From Wolbachia endosymbiont of Cimex lectularius (GTDB taxonomy: Bacteria; Pseudomonadota; Alphaproteobacteria; Rickettsiales; Anaplasmataceae): a DNA stretch of 32,000 nucleotides. Positions 8,846 through 17,776 of this stretch are shown piece by piece. Each line of letters opens with the position of its first letter. Within the stretch, counting starts at the first letter, position 1. Below the pieces are notes generated by a model. The model saw only the letters and a list, made by a program, of their open reading frames with translations. It ran no database searches and was not told where the DNA came from. The stretch spans positions 1,050,001 through 1,082,000 of the forward strand of contig NZ_AP013028.1 in the NCBI RefSeq assembly GCF_000829315.1, in the 5' to 3' direction. Made by a program: the position numbers and the translations under genes.

Positions 8846-9853
8846 GTGAAAACTATCCTAGCTGTTGAAACAAGCTGCGATGAAACTGCAGCAGCAATTG
8901 TAAATAGTGATAAGCAAGTCCTTGCCCACGAGATTCTTTCTCAAACAGAACACAAAAAATGCGGTGGGGTGATCCCTGAAATAGCGTCACGCGCTCACAT
9001 GGAGAATTTAAGCGGTCTAATAAAAAGCGCTATAGAAAAATCTAACCTTAATTTTTGTGATCTGGATGCGATTGCAGCAACATCAGGACCAGGGCTCATA
9101 GGTGGATTAATAGTTGGCACAATGATGGCCAAAGCAATTACACATGTAGCACAAAAACCATTCATTGCAGTTAATCATTTGGAAGCACATGCGCTGGTTA
9201 TCAGGTTACTATATGAAGTCAAATTTCCGTTTTTAGTCCTATTGATATCAGGCGGTCATTGCCAATTTTTAATCGCACAGGATGTGGGTAAATACATTAA
9301 ACTTGGAGAAACGCTGGACGATTCGTTGGGTGAAGCGTTTGACAAAGTTGCTAAGATGCTGGGTTTAAGCTATCCGGGAGGTCCATTAATTGAAAGATTA
9401 GCTAAAAAAGGTGATGGTACAAGATTTAAACTTCCAAGGGCGATGAAAAAACGTCCTGGATGTGATCTTTCGTTTTCTGGAATCAAAACAGCAGTAAAAA
9501 ACTTAGTGCAAGAACTTGAAATGAGCGAGCAAGATGTGTGTGATGTATGTGCTTCATTTCAAGAGTGTGTTAGCGATATACTACTCGATAGAGTCAAAAA
9601 TGCGGTTAATATAGCTGCATCTTTAAATATCAAAATCAATGATTTTGTAATTACTGGCGGGGTTGCAGCAAATAATTTCCTGAGAGAAAAATTAAAGAAA
9701 CACATAAACTTGAACGTATTTTTTCCTCCAAGCAACCTATGTACAGACAATGCAGTAATGGTTGGGTGGACAGGCATCGAAAAATTACAGAAGAGTTATA
9801 TGGATTCACTTAATTTTACACCAAGGCCAAAGTGGGAATTGGAAAGTTATTAA
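8846..9853 (+). CDS. tsaD: tRNA N6-adenosine threonylcarbamoyltransferase TsaD (Gcp/Kae1 family)
   Basis: GTG start. MKTILAVETSCDETAAAIV, ..AVNHLEAHAL.. and ..LLISGGHCQ.. are all hallmark TsaD motifs. Confidence 0.95.
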   Translation: MKTILAVETSCDETAAAIVNSDKQVLAHEILSQTEHKKCGGVIPEIASRAHMENLSGLIKSAIEKSNLNFCDLDAIAATSGPGLIGGLIVGTMMAKAITHVAQKPFIAVNHLEAHALVIRLLYEVKFPFLVLLISGGHCQFLIAQDVGKYIKLGETLDDSLGEAFDKVAKMLGLSYPGGPLIERLAKKGDGTRFKLPRAMKKRPGCDLSFSGIKTAVKNLVQELEMSEQDVCDVCASFQECVSDILLDRVKNAVNIAASLNIKINDFVITGGVAANNFLREKLKKHINLNVFFPPSNLCTDNAVMVGWTGIEKLQKSYMDSLNFTPRPKWELESY

Positions 9854-10028
9854 GGACTCTTCATTCTGAATTAGGTAGTAAAGAAAGCTATTTCTTTTTG
9901 CCATTGTTTATATTTTCTATTTATGTATATTAATATTTTATTATATCAACTTAAAGCTAGTAGCTGCTGTTAATATTTTTACAATAAAAATTGTATATGG
10001 TGCATGTAATCAAGTTAAAAGGAAGATT

Positions 10029-11771
10029 GTGGAAATCACGCCATCGATAAAAAAGGAATTGAAGCAAAGTATGCTATACACCTGCCTAGAGAAGTGTAAA
10101 AGTGCATTTTGGTTCATTTTCTGGTTTAGTTCAGGAATCAACTTGTTAATGTTATTCCTACCACTTTATACCTCTCAGGTGCTTGATCGGGTGATATTGA
10201 GTGAAAGCGTATCGACACTAGTTATGCTGACGATTATCACTTTATCCGCGTTTGCGTGTTCTGCAATGCTTGAAACCTGTCGATATCTAGCTATGGCAAA
10301 GATTGGTGACTGGATCGACAAAGCCGCAACACCAGATCTGATAGTAAGATCAATCAGGCTAACATCAGTGCAGAGCTCAACTTCCAGTGGTGAAGCAATA
10401 CGAGATCTTGGAGTGATAAAAAACTTTATTACAGGAAATGGTATATTCTCACTGTTTGATACCCCATGGTCATTAATTTACCTTGTTGTGATATTCATGA
10501 TACATACCTCTACGGGGTTTATAGCTATTGCCGGAATCGTTATATTAGTTTCTATGGCAATATGGAATGAACTTGCCACTAAACGCATATTGCAAGAAAC
10601 TAACGAAGAAACTATACGGAATATCAATGCTATAGATGTTGCAACAAGAAATGCAGAAGTGGTTGAAGCTATGGGTATGTCAGAATTCATAGTTTCTGAT
10701 TGGTGCAAACGAAACGATCAGAACCGCGCAATGCAAATCAAAGCACAAAATCGTTCTAATGTAATTACTGGAATCACTAAGTTTTTACGCTCAACTCTAC
10801 AAATATCAGTGATCGGAACAGGTGCATTACTTGCAATTACAGCCCATAAAACTGCCGGTAGCATCATCGCTGCCTCAATTGTAATGGGTAGAGTATTGGC
10901 TCCATTTGATACAGCAGTTCACACTTGGAAATTTTTAAATCAGGCCAGAATGTCGTATGGAAGGCTGCAAAGACTTATACTCACATCACCAAAAAGAGAA
11001 CAAACTATGGCTCTACCAGAACCTGAAGGAAGACTGGAATTTGATAGAGTATTTTTTACTCCTTATGGGAGCAATAAACCAACAATAAAAGGAATATCAT
11101 TTGTTATAGAGCCAGGAGATGTGGTGGGTGTTATTGGCGCAAGTGCTTCTGGTAAATCAACCATTGCAAAATTAACCGTTGGTGTATGGAAACCCATATC
11201 TGGTGTAGTCAGACTAGATGGCGCTGATGTATACACTTGGAATCGAGAAAACTTTGGTAATTATATTGGTTACTTACCTCAAGATATTGAACTATTTAAC
11301 ACCAGTGTCAAGGCCAATATTGCTCGCATGAGACCAGACCCAAATCCTGAAGAAATAATCAAAGCAGCGAAAATTGCAGGAATACATGAATTAATACTGA
11401 GTTTACCAAACGGGTATGATACAACGATAGGGAGTTTTGGAGTGACACTTTCTGGTGGGCAGAAACAACTGCTTGGCCTTGCAAGAGCTTTTTATGGAAA
11501 CACAAAGCTTTTGGTGCTTGATGAACCAAATGCCAACCTAGACAGCAGTGGAGAGGCATGCTTAATTAATGCAATCAACATTGCAAGAAAGCAAAATACC
11601 ACAACTATTATCATAACCCACAAACTACCGTTATTATCTGTGGTTGATAAAGTAATCCTCATGTCAGATGGTGTTATTTATGCTATGGGGCCGAGAGATG
11701 AGATTTTAAGCAAACTGGTTGCTCCATCATCAAATACCGCAGAAGGTGAATGTTCTTCAGCAAGTGGTTAG
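10029..11771 (+). CDS. Type I secretion system permease/ATPase (PrtD/AprD-type ABC exporter)
   Basis: 580 aa. The N-terminal six-TM domain carries LPLYTSQVLDRVI (the PrtD-family signature). Walker A is GASASGKST, the ABC signature is LSGGQKQ and Walker B is LLVLDEPNANLD. AAGGA lies upstream of the GTG at 10029; an alternative ATG is at 10071. Confidence 0.9.
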   Translation: MEITPSIKKELKQSMLYTCLEKCKSAFWFIFWFSSGINLLMLFLPLYTSQVLDRVILSESVSTLVMLTIITLSAFACSAMLETCRYLAMAKIGDWIDKAATPDLIVRSIRLTSVQSSTSSGEAIRDLGVIKNFITGNGIFSLFDTPWSLIYLVVIFMIHTSTGFIAIAGIVILVSMAIWNELATKRILQETNEETIRNINAIDVATRNAEVVEAMGMSEFIVSDWCKRNDQNRAMQIKAQNRSNVITGITKFLRSTLQISVIGTGALLAITAHKTAGSIIAASIVMGRVLAPFDTAVHTWKFLNQARMSYGRLQRLILTSPKREQTMALPEPEGRLEFDRVFFTPYGSNKPTIKGISFVIEPGDVVGVIGASASGKSTIAKLTVGVWKPISGVVRLDGADVYTWNRENFGNYIGYLPQDIELFNTSVKANIARMRPDPNPEEIIKAAKIAGIHELILSLPNGYDTTIGSFGVTLSGGQKQLLGLARAFYGNTKLLVLDEPNANLDSSGEACLINAINIARKQNTTTIIITHKLPLLSVVDKVILMSDGVIYAMGPRDEILSKLVAPSSNTAEGECSSASG

Positions 11772-11804
11772 TTGTTCTTTTTATATTACCTTGTCCACCT
11801 AATT

Positions 11805-13151
11805 TTACCACTCCATTGAGCGGATACCACCAATGTAATAAAACATGACCTTTTTAGCCAGTTCAAAATCTTCTAGAGTATCTCCTTCGCATCTTGCTGT
11901 AATGCAGTTTTGTGTATTTGACACTCTAAGGAGCCACCAACCTTTATTATCTTTATTGGTTACTTTAATACCATCGAGCTCTGAGAATGCAATATTTTGC
12001 TGCTCTAGTGTTTTCTTTATTGATTCAATTATTTGAAATTTTTTCTCATCTTTAACTACAACCTTCACTTCATGAGTGATATATAGCTTTGGTAAATCCT
12101 CAATCACCTCAGATAGGCTTTGGTTTTTCTTAAGTAAGACGTCAATGGCTTTAATGGCAGAATATAGCCCGTCATCAAAACCTAGCTCAGAGAAGAAAAA
12201 ATGTCCACTCAGTTCACCAGCAAATTTTGCCTCTTCCTCTACCATCTTTTTCTTAACTAGTGAATGTCCAGTAGCGCATGCAATTACCCTCCCTCCTAAT
12301 CCACTGACAAAGTCATGCACTTTCATGCTCATTTTTATATTAGCAATAACTTTGCTTCCTAGGTATTCTTCCAATACTTCACGCGCAAAAATCATAAACA
12401 AATGGTCATTGGAAACAACACTACCTTTATTATCAATTAAGCGCACCCTGTCACCATCGCCATCGAGTGCAATACCAAGATCACATTTATTTTCATTTAC
12501 AACATCAATCAATTGAACGAGATTTTTCTCCTCTATAGGATCTGGATCGTGCAGTGGAAATGTTCCATCTATAGAGTTATTGGTTACGATATGCACATGA
12601 TCTGGCAAGATCTTTTCAATATACCTCGCAATTCCACTTGCTGGGCTGTTGCCAAAATCCCAGGCTATTTTTAGCTTTTGTGTGGAGTTGTTCTTCAGCG
12701 CACTTTTTAATATGCAAATGTACTCACTATATATATTTATGTTAATTGAGCTGCCAATTTTTGCACTGTTCTTAATCGGACTGCTTATAACTTCCTTTAT
12801 TTCTTGCTCTGAGTAAACTCTCTTACTGCTGAAAAATTTAAAGCCATTGTACTTGCTAGGGTTATGTGAAGCGGTGATCATAATGCCAAGATCTGCCTGC
12901 ATGATTTGCGTTGCAGCGTAGAGCATAGGCGAAGAGCACAGTCCTATGCGTGTAACGTTTGCTCCAGATAGAGTTAAGCCTCTGATTAATTCTTTTTCTA
13001 TACTCGGCGAATCTATTCTGCTGTCATAGCCTACACAAACATTAGCTACGGTTTGGCCAAACTTCCTGCCTATCTCATATCCATCATTGATCTGCAGGTC
13101 TTTGCCTACTACACCTCTAATATCGTATTTTCTTATAATGGTTTTATCCAT
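11805..13151 (-). CDS. Phosphomannomutase/phosphoglucomutase family protein
   Basis: The track ORF is 11805..13193. The ATG at 13151 gives MDKTIIRKYDIRGVVG, the family N-terminus. The active-site loop is TASHNPSKYNGFK and the metal loop is DGDGDR. Confidence 0.9.
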   Translation of the reverse strand: MDKTIIRKYDIRGVVGKDLQINDGYEIGRKFGQTVANVCVGYDSRIDSPSIEKELIRGLTLSGANVTRIGLCSSPMLYAATQIMQADLGIMITASHNPSKYNGFKFFSSKRVYSEQEIKEVISSPIKNSAKIGSSININIYSEYICILKSALKNNSTQKLKIAWDFGNSPASGIARYIEKILPDHVHIVTNNSIDGTFPLHDPDPIEEKNLVQLIDVVNENKCDLGIALDGDGDRVRLIDNKGSVVSNDHLFMIFAREVLEEYLGSKVIANIKMSMKVHDFVSGLGGRVIACATGHSLVKKKMVEEEAKFAGELSGHFFFSELGFDDGLYSAIKAIDVLLKKNQSLSEVIEDLPKLYITHEVKVVVKDEKKFQIIESIKKTLEQQNIAFSELDGIKVTNKDNKGWWLLRVSNTQNCITARCEGDTLEDFELAKKVMFYYIGGIRSMEW

Positions 13152-13286
13152 ACTGTACTTTTCGAAGTAACTACTATATAACATTGTAAACAAATGCTCA
13201 AGTTTCTTCTTTATTCACTCACATAGTTAATTAATTTTTAAGCTAAAGGTATTACTATTTTAGTATATTTTTAGAAATATGGAACC

Positions 13287-15170
13287 ATGTCAGGGGAAAA
13301 CGAAGATGTACTTATAGCTGAGAGTCAAAGTTTAGATGCAGATGAACAGAAGAAAAAGGATATTTTAGTTGTCATTGAATCCTGCAACAGTTTTCAGGAA
13401 GCTATAAAGCAACTAGAAAAAGAAAAATTAATCTGGTACCTTATTGGTCTTTTACGCAAAAATGAAGAGGTTAGGAAACAAATAAACTCAAAATGGGAAG
13501 CAGATTTCCAACAGTTCGAGCAATCAGTAAAAAAGACGCAAGATGAAATACATAGTAAACTTAAAGGAACTTTATCAGATCAAAGTTTTTTAGCGTATTC
13601 GACAAAAGATAATGACTTCAACATTAGGTTTGAAAATAAAGAAGAACCAGTAAAAATCAGTGATATCTTAAGAGCTAGCAGTGAGGGTAAAGTTTATCAC
13701 ATATTCCTTGAGGAAGACAGTAAAATAACTGCACGCAGGGAAAAAGGCAATAAGAGGCACTATGATTTTGATGGTCCTGGCTCTTGTGAGATGACCATTA
13801 ACTGGCAAGCTAAGGATTCTGAAGGCAATATCATAGATTGTAGCATGGCTGTGAAAGTGGGTCTCAGTGGTATACTGGAAGTGATTGGTGAACCAAAATT
13901 TGGTAATTTAAAGTTCACAAGTTCACTATCAGAGGAAGAGGGAGATAAGATATTAAAGTTAGTTGAACAAAATAAAGAAGTTTTTATCAATGGAAAATCT
14001 CTGTTGGAAGCTTTTATTGGTATAGACAAGAATGTGAGCGATCAGCTAATGCTGGAGGAGGAAACATTTATACGAAATCCACCTGAGTCACCACAATTGC
14101 CTACGCCAGATAGTAGTGGATATTTTTCTCCTAGAAGCGCATCTATGCCTTCTTCACGGAGAAGTTCTTTGTCTTTGGACGAAGAAGAATATGAACAGGA
14201 ACAGGATGAATTAGAGAATAGAATAAAAGAATTAGAGGAAGAAAATGCGCACCTTAGGAAAGAAAATGCAGAGTTAAAAGACCGTAATAAAAAAATAGTA
14301 GAAGAAGGTGGTGCGGAAGTAAACGAATTAGTCAAGGAAAAGCAAGCTTTGGAGGAGGAAGTTAAAGAGCTTGAAGCTAAATTGGAAAGAAGTAGAAAAG
14401 AATTAGACAGCAAGAATCAAGATATTAGGCAGTTAGAGCAACAAATAAGTATACTAGAGCAAAGTCAAGAAGATAAAAATGCTAGAATAATAGATTTAAA
14501 ATCTCAATTAGCAGATGGAAAAAATAAAGCTCAATCAACAGATAAAATCAATGAAGAATTACGTAAGAAATTGGAGAAAAGTGAAGCTGAGCTGAACAAG
14601 TTAAGAGCGGAAAATGCAAAGCTGAGAGATGATATGAAGAAAATATTGGAAGGTCTAGAAGGCGGTAAAGAAGGGCAATTAGCAGAACAGTTGATGGAAG
14701 CAAAAAAGGAAAATAAGACATTAACTGATGAAGTAAGTCGATTAGCTGAAGAATTGAACCAACTACAAAAAGAAGCTTTAGAGAGAAAAACTCAACAACC
14801 TGGTGGAAAGTCTCTTGCAGATGAGCTAAATGAAGAGAGTATGCAGAGCGAAATAGATAGGCTTAAACAACAGCTTAAGGAGAGGGAAAGTATATTAACA
14901 GACACACAAGAGGAATTAAAATCTGTCAAAGAGACTCTAGGACAATTGCAGAGCTTATTAGAGCAAAAAGAAGTTGAAGCTAAAGTGCTTGAAACACAAG
15001 ACCAGGGTACACAAGAAGCTCAGCCACAAAACATCATAGATTGGCCTGTTCCAATTCCAAACGATAAGCCGGAAAAGCTGATAGATCCGTTAAAACCTAC
15101 TCAGGTGAATACAGAATTATTAGATCCAAGCCTAACTTCCGTTGAGGATCCAGAAAAATCACGGCAATAA
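13287..15170 (+). CDS. Large orphan coiled-coil protein (globular N-domain, S/P-rich linker, ~300-aa heptad-rich region)
   Basis: 627-aa ORF. Residues ~1-260 are mixed. The linker PPESPQLPTPDSSGYFSPRSASMPSSRRSSLSLDEEEYEQEQDE lies at about 14076-14195. A long E/K/L/Q-rich coiled coil follows, and the tail is proline-rich. I recognise no enzymatic motif. Confidence 0.85.
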   Translation: MSGENEDVLIAESQSLDADEQKKKDILVVIESCNSFQEAIKQLEKEKLIWYLIGLLRKNEEVRKQINSKWEADFQQFEQSVKKTQDEIHSKLKGTLSDQSFLAYSTKDNDFNIRFENKEEPVKISDILRASSEGKVYHIFLEEDSKITARREKGNKRHYDFDGPGSCEMTINWQAKDSEGNIIDCSMAVKVGLSGILEVIGEPKFGNLKFTSSLSEEEGDKILKLVEQNKEVFINGKSLLEAFIGIDKNVSDQLMLEEETFIRNPPESPQLPTPDSSGYFSPRSASMPSSRRSSLSLDEEEYEQEQDELENRIKELEEENAHLRKENAELKDRNKKIVEEGGAEVNELVKEKQALEEEVKELEAKLERSRKELDSKNQDIRQLEQQISILEQSQEDKNARIIDLKSQLADGKNKAQSTDKINEELRKKLEKSEAELNKLRAENAKLRDDMKKILEGLEGGKEGQLAEQLMEAKKENKTLTDEVSRLAEELNQLQKEALERKTQQPGGKSLADELNEESMQSEIDRLKQQLKERESILTDTQEELKSVKETLGQLQSLLEQKEVEAKVLETQDQGTQEAQPQNIIDWPVPIPNDKPEKLIDPLKPTQVNTELLDPSLTSVEDPEKSRQ

Positions 15171-15221
15171 AGCTTAATCTGGTTGTCATAACCTGGCAGT
15201 GGAGCTAGGCATACAGAAACG

Positions 15222-15625
15222 AAAAAACTACTTGACAACCTTCGCCGTTACCCTTATAATGATATTGAAGCTATTTATTTAACTTCCCAATCTGTGCACT
15301 GCATGTCTTTTTAAAACTTCGGGTTTTTACCCATACAAGCTGAAACGCGCTTATAAGTCGTTTAAGACATCACCCAACGCCGGATTTTAAAATAGAGAGT
15401 GGAATAACTAGCTACCTCGGGGTTTTATTGTCCTTTTCTTCTGCCTGGTAAATTTCTTAAATATTATAGCTTAGACTAGTTGCATTTAAAAGCAGCTAAA
15501 TTGCAGCGTTTAAGGCATAAAAACGCCAATATTAAAAATAAATACTGACCAGGGCTTCTTTTGCTTTTTTTCTCGCTTGGTAAATTTCTTAAATATTTAT
15601 TACTAAACCTAGATCCCAGATGCTG
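15222..15625 (+). repeat. Dispersed promoter-bearing intergenic repeat, copy C (long form; 43-nt internal deletion relative to A)
   Basis: Inverted relative to copies A and B, and near-identical to the reverse complement of A over most of its length. It contains an internal partial duplication ending twice in GGTAAATTTCTTAAATATT (15447-15465 and 15579-15597). Confidence 0.85.
15232..15260 (+). promoter_or_regulatory. Consensus sigma70-type promoter inside repeat copy C, firing toward ispDF
   Basis: TTGACA (15232-15237), a 17-nt spacer (accttcgccgttaccct), TATAAT (15255-15260), with an A-tract upstream. Confidence 0.6.
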
Positions 15626-15690
15626 TCTTTTAAACTTTGTCAATCTTTTTGAAACTTCAAATAACCTGCTATTATATATTTAAGCTGAAA

Positions 15691-16917
15691 ATGATAAACG
15701 TGTACACTAATAGATCTAAGAAATACAAAATAGCAGCGTTAATAGTTGCGGCAGGAGTAGGCAGTAGATGCAGTAACGCGATTCCTAAGCAGTACATAAA
15801 ACTGGCAGGCAAGCCTGTTTTATTTTATACAACCAAAAAACTTTTGACCAACCAATACATAGATTATGTAAGAGTGGTAATTAATGAAGATCATGAAGAT
15901 TTCTATGAGCCAGTGTCAGCTACTTGGATAACAGAAGGTGTAGGTACTAAATTACTAAGCCCGATATACGGAGGAGAGAGTAGGCAAAATTCAGTTAAGT
16001 TGGGACTTGAAAGCTTACAAAAAATTAACCCAGATTTTGTTGTTATACACGATGCTTGCAGGCCCTTCGTATCAAATGCTTTGATAAATAGCTTAGCTCA
16101 GTCTATGATTAATGGTCAACATGCAGGAGTAGTGCCAGTAATAGAAGTTGAAAATACTGTGTCATCGATAAGTGATAATTTTATTGAATCTACAATTCTA
16201 AGAGAAAAACTCAGAGCTATACAAACTCCTCAAATTTTCAATTTCAAAGAATTATTGTCATGCCACCAATCAAGCAAAGAATTCACTGATGATTCATCAC
16301 TAGTGGCATGGCACGAAAAACATGTTGCGATTATTAAAGGTGAGAAAAGCAATTTTAAGTTAACTACAAAAGAAGATATTAATATGGCAAAGCTCCTTCT
16401 TGAAGAACCAAAATATCGTATTGGCACTGGTTATGACATACACAAGTTCGTTAAAGCTCAAAATAAGGCTGAAAACTTTATAAAAATTTGCGGTGTGGAA
16501 ATCGAGCACGACATGGCAATAGAAGCACATTCCGATGGTGATGTTACAATACATGCGGTTGTCGATGCAATACTGGGAGCGCTGGGATGTGGCGACATAG
16601 GAGAGCATTTCCCCCCTAGTTCCGCTAAGTGGAAAAATTGTGATTCGTCTTATTTCCTGAGCTTTGCTATTACAAAAGTAAAAGAAAAAGGATACCGTGT
16701 ATCTAATTTAGATATTACTATAGTTTGTGAGGAGCCTAAAATATCGCCTTATAAAGCAGAAATGAAGAAATCTATATCAAGGACATTAGAGATTGATAGC
16801 GAATTTGTAAATATCAAAGCAACCACTGCAGAAAAATTAGGTTCTATTGGCAGAAATGAAGGAATGGCAGCATATGCCTCTGTATTACTTACAAGCGTCA
16901 CTCGCACAACTGTATGA
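15691..16917 (+). CDS. ispDF: Bifunctional 2-C-methyl-D-erythritol 4-phosphate cytidylyltransferase / 2-C-methyl-D-erythritol 2,4-cyclodiphosphate synthase
   Basis: The track ORF starts at 15637. The ATG at 15691 gives MINVYTN..KIAALIVAAGVGSRC, the IspD glycine-rich loop. The C-terminal half has RIGTGYDIHKF and EAHSDGDV..HA, the IspF metal-binding motifs. Confidence 0.95.
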   Translation: MINVYTNRSKKYKIAALIVAAGVGSRCSNAIPKQYIKLAGKPVLFYTTKKLLTNQYIDYVRVVINEDHEDFYEPVSATWITEGVGTKLLSPIYGGESRQNSVKLGLESLQKINPDFVVIHDACRPFVSNALINSLAQSMINGQHAGVVPVIEVENTVSSISDNFIESTILREKLRAIQTPQIFNFKELLSCHQSSKEFTDDSSLVAWHEKHVAIIKGEKSNFKLTTKEDINMAKLLLEEPKYRIGTGYDIHKFVKAQNKAENFIKICGVEIEHDMAIEAHSDGDVTIHAVVDAILGALGCGDIGEHFPPSSAKWKNCDSSYFLSFAITKVKEKGYRVSNLDITIVCEEPKISPYKAEMKKSISRTLEIDSEFVNIKATTAEKLGSIGRNEGMAAYASVLLTSVTRTTV

Positions 16918-16924
16918 ACATTGT

Positions 16925-17180
16925 GCTACTAGGAGGGTGTCATGCAAGTAGCTGACACTGGCATCTAGGAATTTTATTAAGTTGGTGAGTATAAAAGTTA
17001 TGTTAAAATACGACGTTTTGATGATTATGGAAAGGCTGGATCCCAGTGTCGGAGCACTGGGATGACACCGTCTGTTACGCAAATTACCTGCTAACTGCAA
17101 TGTTCGTACAGCTATGTGTCACGTGCTGGGATCATAAAGTGAAATGAGATGTATGCCCAGACGCTGGGCTGACCCAAGAA
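16925..17180 (+). repeat. Short palindromic interspersed repeat block (copy E2)
   Basis: Aligns with the reverse complement of 7335-7550. It contains a perfect 9-bp hairpin, ATCCCAGTG-tcggag-CACTGGGAT (17040-17063), and further CTGGGAT/CTGGGCT motifs. The track ORF 16885..17100 on the minus strand is read from this repeat. Confidence 0.75.
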
Positions 17181-17246
17181 AAATATTTATTGTTTAGTGA
17201 AAAAATCTTACTTAAGTTATATAAAGCATGGAATCATAGGCTCAAT

Positions 17247-17762
17247 ATGTACCACATTTTAAAATACAAAGATTATGAACCAAAAATAGATGAGAGTGCC
17301 TTCATCGCGGGTGGTTCGCGTATCGTAGGCAAGGTTGAAATAGGGAAGAATGCAAGCATCTGGTTTAATTGTGTAATCAGAGGAGATGTTGGATCGATAA
17401 GAATAGGTGATGAAACAAATATTCAAGATGGCACGGTAATTCATGTGGACAGAAACCCAGGTGGTGACACAATTATTGGCAATATGGTAACTGTGGGGCA
17501 TTTTTGTATGCTGCACGCATGCACAGTGCATGACAAAGCATTTGTTGGTATGGGCTCTACCGTAATGGATCATGCAGTTGTGGAGTCTGAAGCTATGGTG
17601 GCTGCTGGCTCGCTAGTGACGCATGGAAAAGTGATAAAAAGTGGAGAAGTATGGGCTGGCAGACCAGCAAAATTCTTAAAAAAAATGTCAGATGAAGAAA
17701 TTAAATATATTACACAATCAGCACAAAATTATGTTATGTTGATGAGGGAGTATGAAAACTAA
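17247..17762 (+). CDS. Gamma-carbonic-anhydrase-like / left-handed beta-helix (hexapeptide repeat) family protein
   Basis: The track ORF starts at 17190. The ATG at 17247 gives MYHILKYKDYEPKIDESAFIAGGSRIVGKVEIGKNASIWFNCVIRGD.., the YrdA/PaaY-type N-terminus. Hexapeptide periodicity runs throughout, and the histidines in ..IHVD.. and ..GHFCMLHAC.. are conserved. Confidence 0.85.
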   Translation: MYHILKYKDYEPKIDESAFIAGGSRIVGKVEIGKNASIWFNCVIRGDVGSIRIGDETNIQDGTVIHVDRNPGGDTIIGNMVTVGHFCMLHACTVHDKAFVGMGSTVMDHAVVESEAMVAAGSLVTHGKVIKSGEVWAGRPAKFLKKMSDEEIKYITQSAQNYVMLMREYEN

Positions 17763-17776
17763 AAGCATACATTACG

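Noticed and set aside
12076-14413. Antisense ORFs within the phosphomannomutase gene (11845..12036, 12076..12516) and the coiled-coil gene (13760..14029, 14042..14413)
   Set aside because: Shadow frames. The 14042..14413 peptide is the Ser/Leu/Phe-rich complement of an E/K/L-rich coiled coil, as expected from codon complementarity.
16885-17100. 71-aa minus-strand ORF overlapping the ispDF 3' end and repeat block E2
   Set aside because: Repeat-derived, and it overlaps the end of ispDF on the opposite strand.
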